A stretch of 64,000 nt of DNA from Candidatus Stygibacter australis (GTDB lineage Bacteria; Cloacimonadota; Cloacimonadia; Cloacimonadales; TCS61), in NCBI GenBank assembly GCA_030765845.1, contig JAVCDJ010000203.1:83947-147946 (forward strand), read 5' to 3'. Shown here piece after piece: positions 56,753 to 64,000 of the stretch; the first letter of the stretch is position 1, and each line of letters starts with the position of its first letter. The translations under genes were made by a program, and so were the position numbers. The notes beneath the pieces are model-generated. The model was not told the DNA's origin. It worked only from the letters and a program-made list of their open reading frames with translations, and searched no databases.

Positions 56753-56781
56753 AAGAATTGCAGAATATTTCTGCAATTCTT
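56753..56781 (+). terminator. Perfect 13-bp-stem hairpin after the zinc-ribbon gene
   Basis: AAGAATTGCAGAA-tat-TTCTGCAATTCTT. No strong U-tract. Confidence 0.45.
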
Positions 56782-56906
56782 CGCAAAATAACTTACACAG
56801 TGTATTTGAGCAAGGATTTAATCCTGACAGGTCAATTCCATCAAAATGTGTGGGCAAGGTAAGTTAAGTGTATTAAGTGAAAAATTATTAACAAGGAGAA
56901 ATTATT

Positions 56907-57077
56907 TTGAGCAAACCAAAATCCAAAACAACAAATTATAGTGGCATCTCAGATGCACTTTCCGGAACCAAAACCTATAAGACGAAAATTTCCGATGGGA
57001 AAAAAAGTGTATCTGCATTAGGATCGCCAAAGACTTCACAAAAGCGAGCTTCAGATAAGTGGAATAAAAAGAAGTAG
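56907..57077 (+). CDS. Small basic Lys/Ser/Thr-rich protein (56 aa), not in the ORF track
   Basis: TTG start 7 nt after AAGGAGA. My translation: MSKPKSKTTNYSGISDALSGTKTYKTKISDGKKSVSALGSPKTSQKRASDKWNKKK. Confidence 0.35.
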   Translation: MSKPKSKTTNYSGISDALSGTKTYKTKISDGKKSVSALGSPKTSQKRASDKWNKKK

Positions 57078-57253
57078 AACAAAATTACTTATGAAAACGA
57101 GTTAAAATAAGTTTAATCGAATAATAGACTAAATTAACTGATTTATTTTCTGCATGAAGAATTTGAATATTGATCATAATATTCTCATAGTATAATCCTG
57201 ATTATCGGGAATTAAGATTTGGGATTAATCAGTTTGGCATGTAAAAATGAAAC

Positions 57254-57811
57254 ATGGAGGGTATCTTGAAAAGAAAGATTTATTGTTTATTGGTGCTTGT
57301 GTTATTAATCTTAGGTTGCACAGAAGATACTACAACCGAAGTAACAGTTCAAGATAATAATGCAGATCAAGTATATAATATATCACCACAATCCGGATTG
57401 ATTGGAAACGTGGATCTGTATTTAATACCGGAAACTATACAAGGATCTGCAATAGTTATTATTAATGGACCAGGCAGTGCAATAGGATATGATATCCGTG
57501 ATGCTGAAGACCAGGCATTTATATATTTTGCGGATAGTTATATTGCAGCTGGAGGTTCATCGTTGCAATCAGGGACAATTTTACCAACAAACAGGTGGGT
57601 AAAAATAAGATTAGTCCTTTATGAATCCGGGCTTGCTGGTTGGATTGTCACGTTTTTACAGTATCTTGGATTAGATTTCTTCGATAGTCTGGAAGATTAT
57701 ATGATTGCTGAAGTATATGAGATAGATGTAATGCTCGAAGATAATAGAGGAGGGCAGAAAATCATAAAAGGTGTTTGGCAGGAAATAACAGATCAAATAA
57801 AAAACAAATAG
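57254..57811 (+). CDS. Lipoprotein of unknown function
   Basis: 185 aa. Lipobox LLILGC. An in-frame TTG at 57266 (4 nt after GGAGGG) is an alternative start. Confidence 0.6.
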   Translation: MEGILKRKIYCLLVLVLLILGCTEDTTTEVTVQDNNADQVYNISPQSGLIGNVDLYLIPETIQGSAIVIINGPGSAIGYDIRDAEDQAFIYFADSYIAAGGSSLQSGTILPTNRWVKIRLVLYESGLAGWIVTFLQYLGLDFFDSLEDYMIAEVYEIDVMLEDNRGGQKIIKGVWQEITDQIKNK

Positions 57812-57820
57812 GAGGGAATG

Positions 57821-57997
57821 ATGTCAGCTACAGTTATTGGGAGAGTAAAATCCGGAAGTTATAAGTCTTATGAAGTGAAATGGGATTCAGCAAGCAAGGA
57901 TACTTATGTGTCTTATGCTGGCTGGACAAGCGTAGGAAAAGCTTATTCTGCCGGTGAAGCTATGAATAAAGCTGAAGCTTTTTTGTATAATAAATAA
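57821..57997 (+). CDS. 58-aa hypothetical protein, not in the ORF track
   Basis: ATG 4 nt after GGAGGG, which overlaps the upstream stop. MSATVIGRVKSGSYKSYEVKWDSASKDTYVSYAGWTSVGKAYSAGEAMNKAEAFLYNK. Confidence 0.45.
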   Translation: MSATVIGRVKSGSYKSYEVKWDSASKDTYVSYAGWTSVGKAYSAGEAMNKAEAFLYNK

Positions 57998-58007
57998 GGA
58001 GAATAAA

Positions 58008-58106
58008 ATGCTATATGTATTGATAATAATAAATATTATTGTTGTAAATTATGTGACTATTTTCAAGAAGATATCTCCACAAAAAGAGCAGAAAATGATT
58101 TCGTAG
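58008..58106 (+). CDS. 32-aa single-TM micro-protein, not in the ORF track
   Basis: ATG 4 nt after AAGGAGA. MLYVLIIINIIVVNYVTIFKKISPQKEQKMIS. Confidence 0.35.
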   Translation: MLYVLIIINIIVVNYVTIFKKISPQKEQKMIS

Positions 58107-58196
58107 AATAAGCAGACAAGGCACGAATTGACCTTTCTCTGGAGAGGATTTAGCGAATAATCATAATAGTGAATTAAGTCAAATAGGATTGTTTAA

Positions 58197-58529
58197 ATGA
58201 TAAATGTTTATAAACCGTTTGGTGGTCATCTGGGTTTCAGGAAAGATAATGATGTCTTCATATCCGGTGGATTATTTGGTCAGGGGCGCAAAATAGGGGA
58301 GATAAAAGGCAATGATATTTACTCAATAGGTGTATTATTTGGTAAAACAAAACTTGGTTATGTTTCAGGAAATTACGTCTATACAACCTTCGGGAGCCTG
58401 TTTGGTGCAAGTAAGGTTGGGGTTATAGTTGGAAAAGATATATATGATACAAATAGAAATCACTTAGCTCATATGGATGCTGCTGACCCGCAATTAGGGG
58501 CAGCAACTATTTTGTTACTGATAAAATAA
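58197..58529 (+). CDS. 110-aa protein with three internal ~20-aa Gly-rich repeats
   Basis: LFGQGRKIGEIKGNDIYS / LFGKTKLGYVSGNYVYT / LFGASKVGVIVGKDIYD. Weak SD. Confidence 0.5.
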   Translation: MINVYKPFGGHLGFRKDNDVFISGGLFGQGRKIGEIKGNDIYSIGVLFGKTKLGYVSGNYVYTTFGSLFGASKVGVIVGKDIYDTNRNHLAHMDAADPQLGAATILLLIK

Positions 58530-58547
58530 CCAATTTAGGGAGATTGA

Positions 58548-60371
58548 ATGGAAAATACCGATAAGATTAAATCTTTGTATGAAAAAGGAAGCAAGCTGGT
58601 TGAGGAAGATCAAACAGAGGAAGCTATTGCGATTTTTAATGAAATAATATCTTTGGATCCAGGATTTTACAAAGCATATTTTCAAAGAGCACATTTGTAT
58701 ATGTCTTCGGGTGATATTGATAATGCTATCAGTGATTTTAGTGCTGGGCTAGAAATTAAACAAGATGCTTATGCCTATTTGTTAAGAGCATCTGCATACG
58801 ATACCAAAGAAATGTTTGAGCAGTCATCAAGAGATTATAGCAAGGTAATTAAACTTGAATCTGATCCTGGCATCCTGTATTTTGCCCATTTGAATCGCGG
58901 GTCAGCATTCAATTATTTAGAGAGATATTCGGAAGCTGTTGAAGATTTCACAAAAGCTATGGAAATAAATCCGGAAGATCCCAAAGCATTTAGAGGAAGA
59001 GCCATTGCTTACTTTCATCTTAACCAGATTGATAAATCAATAGATGACTGGTCAACCGTGATAAAGCTAACGCCTGATGACGCAGAACCTTATAAAAAGA
59101 GAGCTTCCTTATATTTTCAGATTGATAGATCTATAGATGCAATTAAGGACTCTACTAAATCAATTGAGCTTGATCATAATGATATTGAGTCCTATATAAT
59201 CCGGGGTTCCTCCTATCTTAAAGAAAGTGATGTCATAAAAGCAAAAACAGATCTGCAATTCGCTAAAAATAAGGGAAATGAAGCAGCAGCTCAACTTTTA
59301 ATAGAGATCGATATGATGTTTGATGTAGATACTTTGCTCGAAAAGGGTAATAAGGCTCTGCTGGAAAAAGATTATGAAAGTGCCTTCAATCATCTATCCA
59401 AGGCACAGGCGGTCTCTAATGCGCCCAATGTTCTAACGTCATTAGCAACTGCCTTAAAGCACCTTGGCAGATTTGAAGATGCCATATTCTGTTTAGAAAA
59501 AGCTTTAAACGAAACTTCAGATCCGGAAACACTGGGTTCGGTCACTTATAATTTAGGGAATATTTTCCGGGAAACAGACAGATTTGAGGATGCCATCAAG
59601 TGGTATATCAAATCAATTAAATTCCGCCCTGATCATATAGGCGTACACTATAATCTTGGAATGTCTTATGAAGCAATCGAAGAACATGACCTCGCTATAA
59701 AAGAATTGGAGACAGTTTTACAGATAGATCCCAAACTGAATGACGTAAGAAGCCGGATTGAACTCATCAAAGAAACCGGGAATGATATCCGAAGTGAAAA
59801 AATACCGGATAGTGCGGGTGATTCACATTTTCTGCCGGAAAATAAAGAGCTTAGAGAAAATATAGCTCGTGCTACAGAAATGTGTGCCAGGGACGATGAA
59901 TTCGAAGAGATAATTTTCCATTTAGAAAAGATATTGAAAATTGATCCTGAGTGCAGTGATCCTGAGTTTTTACTTGTTGCTTGTATTGTATATAGCGGAA
60001 TTGCCTTGAAGTTGAAGGATTTTTCGCCAGAAGCTAAAAATGCCGTAAAATTTGGCAGAAAATTGCTGGCTATTGAAGAAAAGAAATCCAATCCATCTGA
60101 TGATATATTATTTTCAGCTTATCGAGCTCTATTATTGGGTTATTTTAGACTTAATGAATATGATCAGGCAAAGGAATTTGGCACAAAAGCATTAAAGATT
60201 ATACCGGATTCTGAAGTCATAATAAAATTGATGGAGTGGCTGCAGGCAAATAGGACCAGTGAAGATACTATCCCCTCAATTCAAACTCCTGCCAAGCCCA
60301 AAGCAGGATGTCTCGGGACAATATTTTTGATGTTGTTTTATTGCTCATGTTTTTTATATTTGTTATTATAA
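58548..60371 (+). CDS. TPR-repeat protein with a C-terminal Cys + hydrophobic tail anchor
   Basis: 607 aa with more than 10 TPR units. C-terminus PAKPKAGCLGTIFLMLFYCSCFLYLLL. The N-terminus MENTDKIK resembles that of the 235-aa protein (MENTDLKI). Confidence 0.7.
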   Translation: MENTDKIKSLYEKGSKLVEEDQTEEAIAIFNEIISLDPGFYKAYFQRAHLYMSSGDIDNAISDFSAGLEIKQDAYAYLLRASAYDTKEMFEQSSRDYSKVIKLESDPGILYFAHLNRGSAFNYLERYSEAVEDFTKAMEINPEDPKAFRGRAIAYFHLNQIDKSIDDWSTVIKLTPDDAEPYKKRASLYFQIDRSIDAIKDSTKSIELDHNDIESYIIRGSSYLKESDVIKAKTDLQFAKNKGNEAAAQLLIEIDMMFDVDTLLEKGNKALLEKDYESAFNHLSKAQAVSNAPNVLTSLATALKHLGRFEDAIFCLEKALNETSDPETLGSVTYNLGNIFRETDRFEDAIKWYIKSIKFRPDHIGVHYNLGMSYEAIEEHDLAIKELETVLQIDPKLNDVRSRIELIKETGNDIRSEKIPDSAGDSHFLPENKELRENIARATEMCARDDEFEEIIFHLEKILKIDPECSDPEFLLVACIVYSGIALKLKDFSPEAKNAVKFGRKLLAIEEKKSNPSDDILFSAYRALLLGYFRLNEYDQAKEFGTKALKIIPDSEVIIKLMEWLQANRTSEDTIPSIQTPAKPKAGCLGTIFLMLFYCSCFLYLLL

Positions 60372-60405
60372 GAAATCACTGTCATCCAGTTAAGCATTAA
60401 GTAGG

Positions 60406-60455
60406 TTCATAATTAGTATAAAACTTACGTTAAGCATCAGAAAAAGTAAAAGAAG
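60406..60455 (+). repeat. 51-nt module TTCATAATTAGTATAAAA..., copy 2
   Basis: TTCATAATTAGTATAAAACTTACGTTAAGCATCAGAAAAAGTAAAAGAAG, compared with 52334-52384. Confidence 0.8.
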
Positions 60456-60466
60456 AACTTGCACAG

Positions 60467-60510
60467 CTAACGGTACTCCGGAAGTGGGGCGAGAACTACG
60501 TGCAGTTATC
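60467..60510 (+). repeat. Partial family-B repeat (inverted relative to B3)
   Basis: CTAACGGTACTCCGGAAGTGGGGCGAGAACTACGTGCAGTTATC shares GGTA.T.C.GGAAGTGGGGCG with the family-B core. Confidence 0.5.
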
Positions 60511-60561
60511 AGCAGCAATTCATATTATTACCTTCTTCTTTTTCAGGGATTTGTTGGTAGC

Positions 60562-60618
60562 GGTCGTTATCTGCGCCCCACCTGGAAATACCCGGCGGTG
60601 CACATATAACTTAGTGAC
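60562..60618 (-). repeat. Family-B intergenic repeat, copy B3
   Basis: Reverse complement is GTCACTAAGTTATATGTGCACCGCCGGGTATTTCCAGGTGGGGCGCAGATAACGACC. Its CTTAGTGAC end points toward the 60782 gene. Confidence 0.8.
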
Positions 60619-60646
60619 ATTAGTGGTTAATGATCTTCTTTGTTTT

Positions 60647-60679
60647 GTGGACGGAATGGACAGGGTGGACGGTGTAGGA
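60647..60679 (+). repeat. 9-bp-phased TGGAC array, copy D3
   Basis: GTGGACggaATGGACaggGTGGACggtGTAGGA, 32 nt upstream of TTGACT (60712-60717). Confidence 0.8.
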
Positions 60680-60781
60680 AGACTTAAAAAAGCTGATGGA
60701 TAAGATTATACTTGACTAATTATCACACATAAATCTAATTTATAAAGAGTATTAAAAATAAACGATTAAACGAAGGGAAAA

Positions 60782-63163
60782 ATGTTATTACGATGTGTGC
60801 TGACTGTTATTTTTTTAAATGCAATAAATGTACTATTTTGCCAGGTAGTGATAAATGAGCTGTATTATGATCATCCAGGTGGTGATGATGGTGAGGAATG
60901 GGTGGAATTATATAATACCAGCAGTGAAGCGATCAATCTTGAGTATTGGAGAATCGAAAAGGGAGGGAGTGAGTTTGAAACTGTTTTGTTTCTTCCGTTT
61001 ATCATAATCGAAGGAAATGGATATTTACTTATTGGTGAATCTAATGTGCCGGGTGCAGATATTTACGCTGAACTGGTTTTTCAAAACGGAGGTAGCACTA
61101 CGGATGGGGTAAGGTTGGTATCTGGTTTCGGTCCCTGGACAGATACAGTTCTTTATGATTCACCAAATTCTAATGAGCTTATCGATGATACGGGGTTTGC
61201 CGGGGTCAGTTTTGCTCCAGATGTGACAGCAGGACATTCGCTGGGTAGAATCCCCAATGGATATGACAGCAATCAGGGAAGTGACTGGCAGGAATGTGAA
61301 AATCTTAGTCCCGGGACAGCTAATATAATCAGCATTGATCTGGAGATCAGCGAGGCGGAGTTAACGTTAATTGATGGCAATATTTGCTTATACACAGTGG
61401 TCCATAATCTATCCACAGGGGGTGTGGATAACTCTGTAGGCAGCCTTGATATTTACTTTAATAATCAACCATTTGAGAGTTTGCCGATAAACGAAATATC
61501 AGGAAATGAGAGTCTGGAATACAGTTATGAATTAGGCGAATCAGTAGCTGGATACTCTCAGACAGAATTAATCATTAACTCCATATATGACAATAACTTG
61601 GAAAACAATATATCAGGATGCTCGATCCTTATTGAAATGAGTCCCTTGTGGTATAATGAATTGATGATCAAGCCTTTAGGAAATGACTGTGAATGGGTGG
61701 AGATAATTGTTGATAACTATGTGGATAACTTTGTGGATAACTTGTATATTCGTGATGCTGTGGGCAATACAGGGAGTTTTGCTGCTGCTGATCTGGGGGA
61801 AGGATTTCTGGTGATATGTGATGAGCCGGAAAGTTTGATAGCTAATTATGGACTTACTGCAAGTCAGGTGATAGAGAGTGAACAATTGCCTGGAATGAAT
61901 AATGAAGGAGATATACTATATCTGGAAGATGAGTGGGGAACGCTGCTGGATATGGTGGAATATGGTGCCCTAGCAGGAAATGAAGAGGGAATAAGCTGGG
62001 AAAGGATCAATCCTCTATCAGATGATAGCGACTGGGGGCATTGCATTAGTGAATCTGGTCAAACTGCGGGATATGCTAACAGTCTGATGCAGGGAATGAT
62101 CGATCTGGCGCTGGATTTGAAGGGGGTTAATCTGCAGGAAGAATATCTGGAGCATCATCTGCTGGTGACCAGTGCGGGAATTGAACAAGTGGATGATGCT
62201 GAGCTGGTGATAAGCTGGCAGGTGTTTTCAGGCGGAAATTATGGAAGCTATTCAGAGAATATAATAATTGATTCTGACAGTTTGGAAATTGTAATAAACA
62301 CAGAACTGCCGGGCAGTGGGTTTTATGAATACACCTATCAGCTGGAGGTAGAGGGCGATACAGATCTGAGCAATAATGTAGTAGTGAATTATTTTAATCA
62401 GGGTAGTCTGGGCTGGGTGATCAATGAGATCATGTATCACCCGAAAGCCGGGGAGCCGGAATGGCTGGAACTTAAGAGGAATGTGGGATATGGCATGGCA
62501 GATAATTTATGGGTAATAGTGGATGATGACAGCTGTGAGATCGCTGCTGCGGGAGAATATGTAATTGTAACCGGATCAGAATCTGATGTGGAGGAGATGT
62601 GGGGATTATATGGAGAGGATCTGGAAATATCTGAGGGATTGAAGAGGCTAACTGATAGTGGCTGTGAGATAGGTATAAAAGATATGTATGGCAATATAAT
62701 AGAATTATTCAGCTATGATCCAGACTGGAACCAGTCAATTCAGGGAGTATCCATTGAACGGGTAAATCCGCTTTTACCGGCGAGTGAAGACAACTGGAGC
62801 CGCAGTGTGTCAGAATGCACTCCCGGAGAAGCAAACAGCATTTATACAGAATTACCAGTGACAGGATCGAAATTGACTATCACTCCAGAGGTATTTTGTC
62901 CGAGGGATGGTGAACATACAGTGATCAGTTATCAAAACAGCGAGAATCTTAATCTGGTGAGAATAGCTATCTATGATCTGAAAGGGCGAAAGATATGTAA
63001 ATTAGTTGATCATGAATACCAGGGAGCCAATGGGTATTACATCTGGGACGGAAGAAATGAAGCAGGTAAAATCGTAAAAATGGGAATTTACATAATCCTT
63101 TTTGAGACTTCAGCAGCAGGTAATATAAAAGTAGAGAAAAAGACGGTAGTAGTAAAAAGATAG
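60782..63163 (+). CDS. Secreted protein with three lamin-tail domains (LTD) and a FlgD-Ig/T9SS-type C-terminal domain
   Basis: 793 aa. LTD signatures VVINELYYDHPGGDDGEEWVELYNTS, LWYNELMIKPLGNDCEWVEII and WVINEIMYHPKAGEPEWLELKRN. C-terminus VRIAIYDLKGRKICKL...YIWDGRNEAGKIVKMGIYIILFE. Confidence 0.7.
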   Translation: MLLRCVLTVIFLNAINVLFCQVVINELYYDHPGGDDGEEWVELYNTSSEAINLEYWRIEKGGSEFETVLFLPFIIIEGNGYLLIGESNVPGADIYAELVFQNGGSTTDGVRLVSGFGPWTDTVLYDSPNSNELIDDTGFAGVSFAPDVTAGHSLGRIPNGYDSNQGSDWQECENLSPGTANIISIDLEISEAELTLIDGNICLYTVVHNLSTGGVDNSVGSLDIYFNNQPFESLPINEISGNESLEYSYELGESVAGYSQTELIINSIYDNNLENNISGCSILIEMSPLWYNELMIKPLGNDCEWVEIIVDNYVDNFVDNLYIRDAVGNTGSFAAADLGEGFLVICDEPESLIANYGLTASQVIESEQLPGMNNEGDILYLEDEWGTLLDMVEYGALAGNEEGISWERINPLSDDSDWGHCISESGQTAGYANSLMQGMIDLALDLKGVNLQEEYLEHHLLVTSAGIEQVDDAELVISWQVFSGGNYGSYSENIIIDSDSLEIVINTELPGSGFYEYTYQLEVEGDTDLSNNVVVNYFNQGSLGWVINEIMYHPKAGEPEWLELKRNVGYGMADNLWVIVDDDSCEIAAAGEYVIVTGSESDVEEMWGLYGEDLEISEGLKRLTDSGCEIGIKDMYGNIIELFSYDPDWNQSIQGVSIERVNPLLPASEDNWSRSVSECTPGEANSIYTELPVTGSKLTITPEVFCPRDGEHTVISYQNSENLNLVRIAIYDLKGRKICKLVDHEYQGANGYYIWDGRNEAGKIVKMGIYIILFETSAAGNIKVEKKTVVVKR

Positions 63164-63171
63164 GAGCTAAT

Positions 63172-64000
63172 ATGTATGGAAAAACAGTGTCTTATGCTAT
63201 CCAGGGCATAAATGCCAAACCGGTAGTGGTGGAAGCTGATATTAAGGGAGGGACCAATAAATTCAGCATAGTAGGTTTACCTTCCAATTCCATCAAGGAA
63301 AGTAAAGACCGCGTCTGGTCAGCAATCAAAAATTCAGGGTTCAGATTTGGTTCTCATAATTACACAGTGAATCTGGCACCGGCAGATGTGAAGAAGGAAG
63401 GTGTTTCATTAGACCTGCCTATAGCCGTATCAGTATTATTGGCTGAGCATCAGATAAGGATCTCGCGCAAAGGGGTATATGTGCTGGTGGGAGAGCTGTC
63501 ACTTGATGGGGAGCTAAGGGCAGTACGGGGAGTGTTATCCATTGCCACTGCATGTTTTGCAGATAAGGTGGAAGGTATCATAGTGCCCTGGGAAAATGCC
63601 AGAGAAGCAGCAATAATAGATGGGCTGCGCGTTTATCCGGGAACTCATTTGCGAGAGGTAACGGAATTTCTGGAAGGTAAAATAGAAATAGAACCCTATC
63701 AGATAGATCGTGATAAGATATTTGCAGAGGAATCAGAAAATATTCTTGATATGTATGACGTGAAGGGTCAATATCATGTAAAACGAGCTCTGGAGGTGGC
63801 AGCAGCAGGAGGGCACAATATTTTGATGATAGGACCTCCGGGTTCAGGAAAAACCATGCTGGCAAAGTGCTTTCCCACCATACTGCCTGATCTGACTATT
63901 AATGAAGCTCTGGAAACAACCAAGATCCACTCCGTGAGTGGTCTGGTTGATAGTAAAACTGGTATCATCAGGCGAAGACCTTATAGATCTCCTCACCACA
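63172..64000 (+). CDS. comM: YifB/ComM-family Mg-chelatase-like AAA+ ATPase (5' part; continues past the window end)
   Basis: Absent from the ORF track (open-ended). ATG lies 5 nt after AGGAG. My translation: MYGKTVSYAIQGINAKPVVVEADI...VNLAPADVKKEG...VKGQYHVKRALEVAAAGGHNILMIGPPGSGKTMLAK. Confidence 0.85.
   Translation, partial: MYGKTVSYAIQGINAKPVVVEADIKGGTNKFSIVGLPSNSIKESKDRVWSAIKNSGFRFGSHNYTVNLAPADVKKEGVSLDLPIAVSVLLAEHQIRISRKGVYVLVGELSLDGELRAVRGVLSIATACFADKVEGIIVPWENAREAAIIDGLRVYPGTHLREVTEFLEGKIEIEPYQIDRDKIFAEESENILDMYDVKGQYHVKRALEVAAAGGHNILMIGPPGSGKTMLAKCFPTILPDLTINEALETTKIHSVSGLVDSKTGIIRRRPYRSPHH

Noticed and set aside
60500-60703. 67-aa + strand ORF in the intergenic region before the LTD gene.
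   Set aside because: It is assembled entirely from the dispersed repeats (B3, the TTAGTG motif, the D3 array). It has no SD, and its sequence conservation is explained at the DNA level.
52096-60781. A classical mobile genetic element (prophage, ICE, transposon, integron) as the explanation for the island.
   Set aside because: I could not recognise any integrase, transposase, recombinase, attC-like site series, phage structural gene or flanking tRNA. The boundaries are instead the dispersed promoter-type modules.

Overview
This is a 64-kb chromosomal window from an AT-rich Gram-negative bacterium. My guess is an FCB-type, Cloacimonadota-like lineage. That guess is an inference from a PorV-family gene plus five secreted proteins that end in the same ~85-aa FlgD-Ig/T9SS-type C-terminal domain. 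Genes use strong GGAGG Shine-Dalgarno sites and TTGAC(A/T) -35 boxes.

Housekeeping content: a TetR-pmbA-tldD operon, class II ribonucleotide reductase nrdJ, recG, tRNA-Leu(CAA), hutH, truA, a threonine-aldolase-like gene, a metallophosphoesterase, an M20 amidohydrolase and comM/yifB (partial).

Cell-envelope content: an odd sugar-type ABC importer (binding protein fused to a permease, plus a permease with a ~480-aa periplasmic insertion); several very large T9SS-type cargo proteins; a porV / M6-protease / 3x DUF5683-like cluster; three tandem Big-domain lipoproteins; a MltC-like transglycosylase; and a lamin-tail-domain protein.

Accessory and defence-like content: a HigB-like toxin with an HTH+ImmA/IrrE antitoxin; a solitary fused ABC-ATPase/TOPRIM(DUF4435-like) OLD/PARIS-type gene (42.3-44.1 kb); and an AbiL-like ATPase+RloB pair (52.5-54.5 kb). 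The AbiL-like pair is followed by ~6 kb of AT-rich orphan genes (55.1-60.4 kb). These encode zinc-ribbon, TPR, lipoprotein and micro-proteins, several of them membrane-anchored at the C-terminus.

The most unusual signal I see is non-coding. The long intergenic regions are a mosaic of dispersed, orientation-specific modules placed upstream of TTGAC(A/T) boxes: a 52-nt hairpin family, a ~55-bp family, and 4x (A/G)TGGAC arrays with exact 9-bp phase. Three copies of this module set punctuate the 52-61 kb accessory island like cassette boundaries.

Other oddities: a 365-bp element bounded by 18-bp inverted repeats ending in C10/G10, a Sel1-repeat gene with an in-frame TAG at a conserved Trp, and a 47-bp perfect palindrome. 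I found no rRNA, CRISPR array, integrase or transposase. All functional calls come from my reading of the translated motifs. No database search was run.
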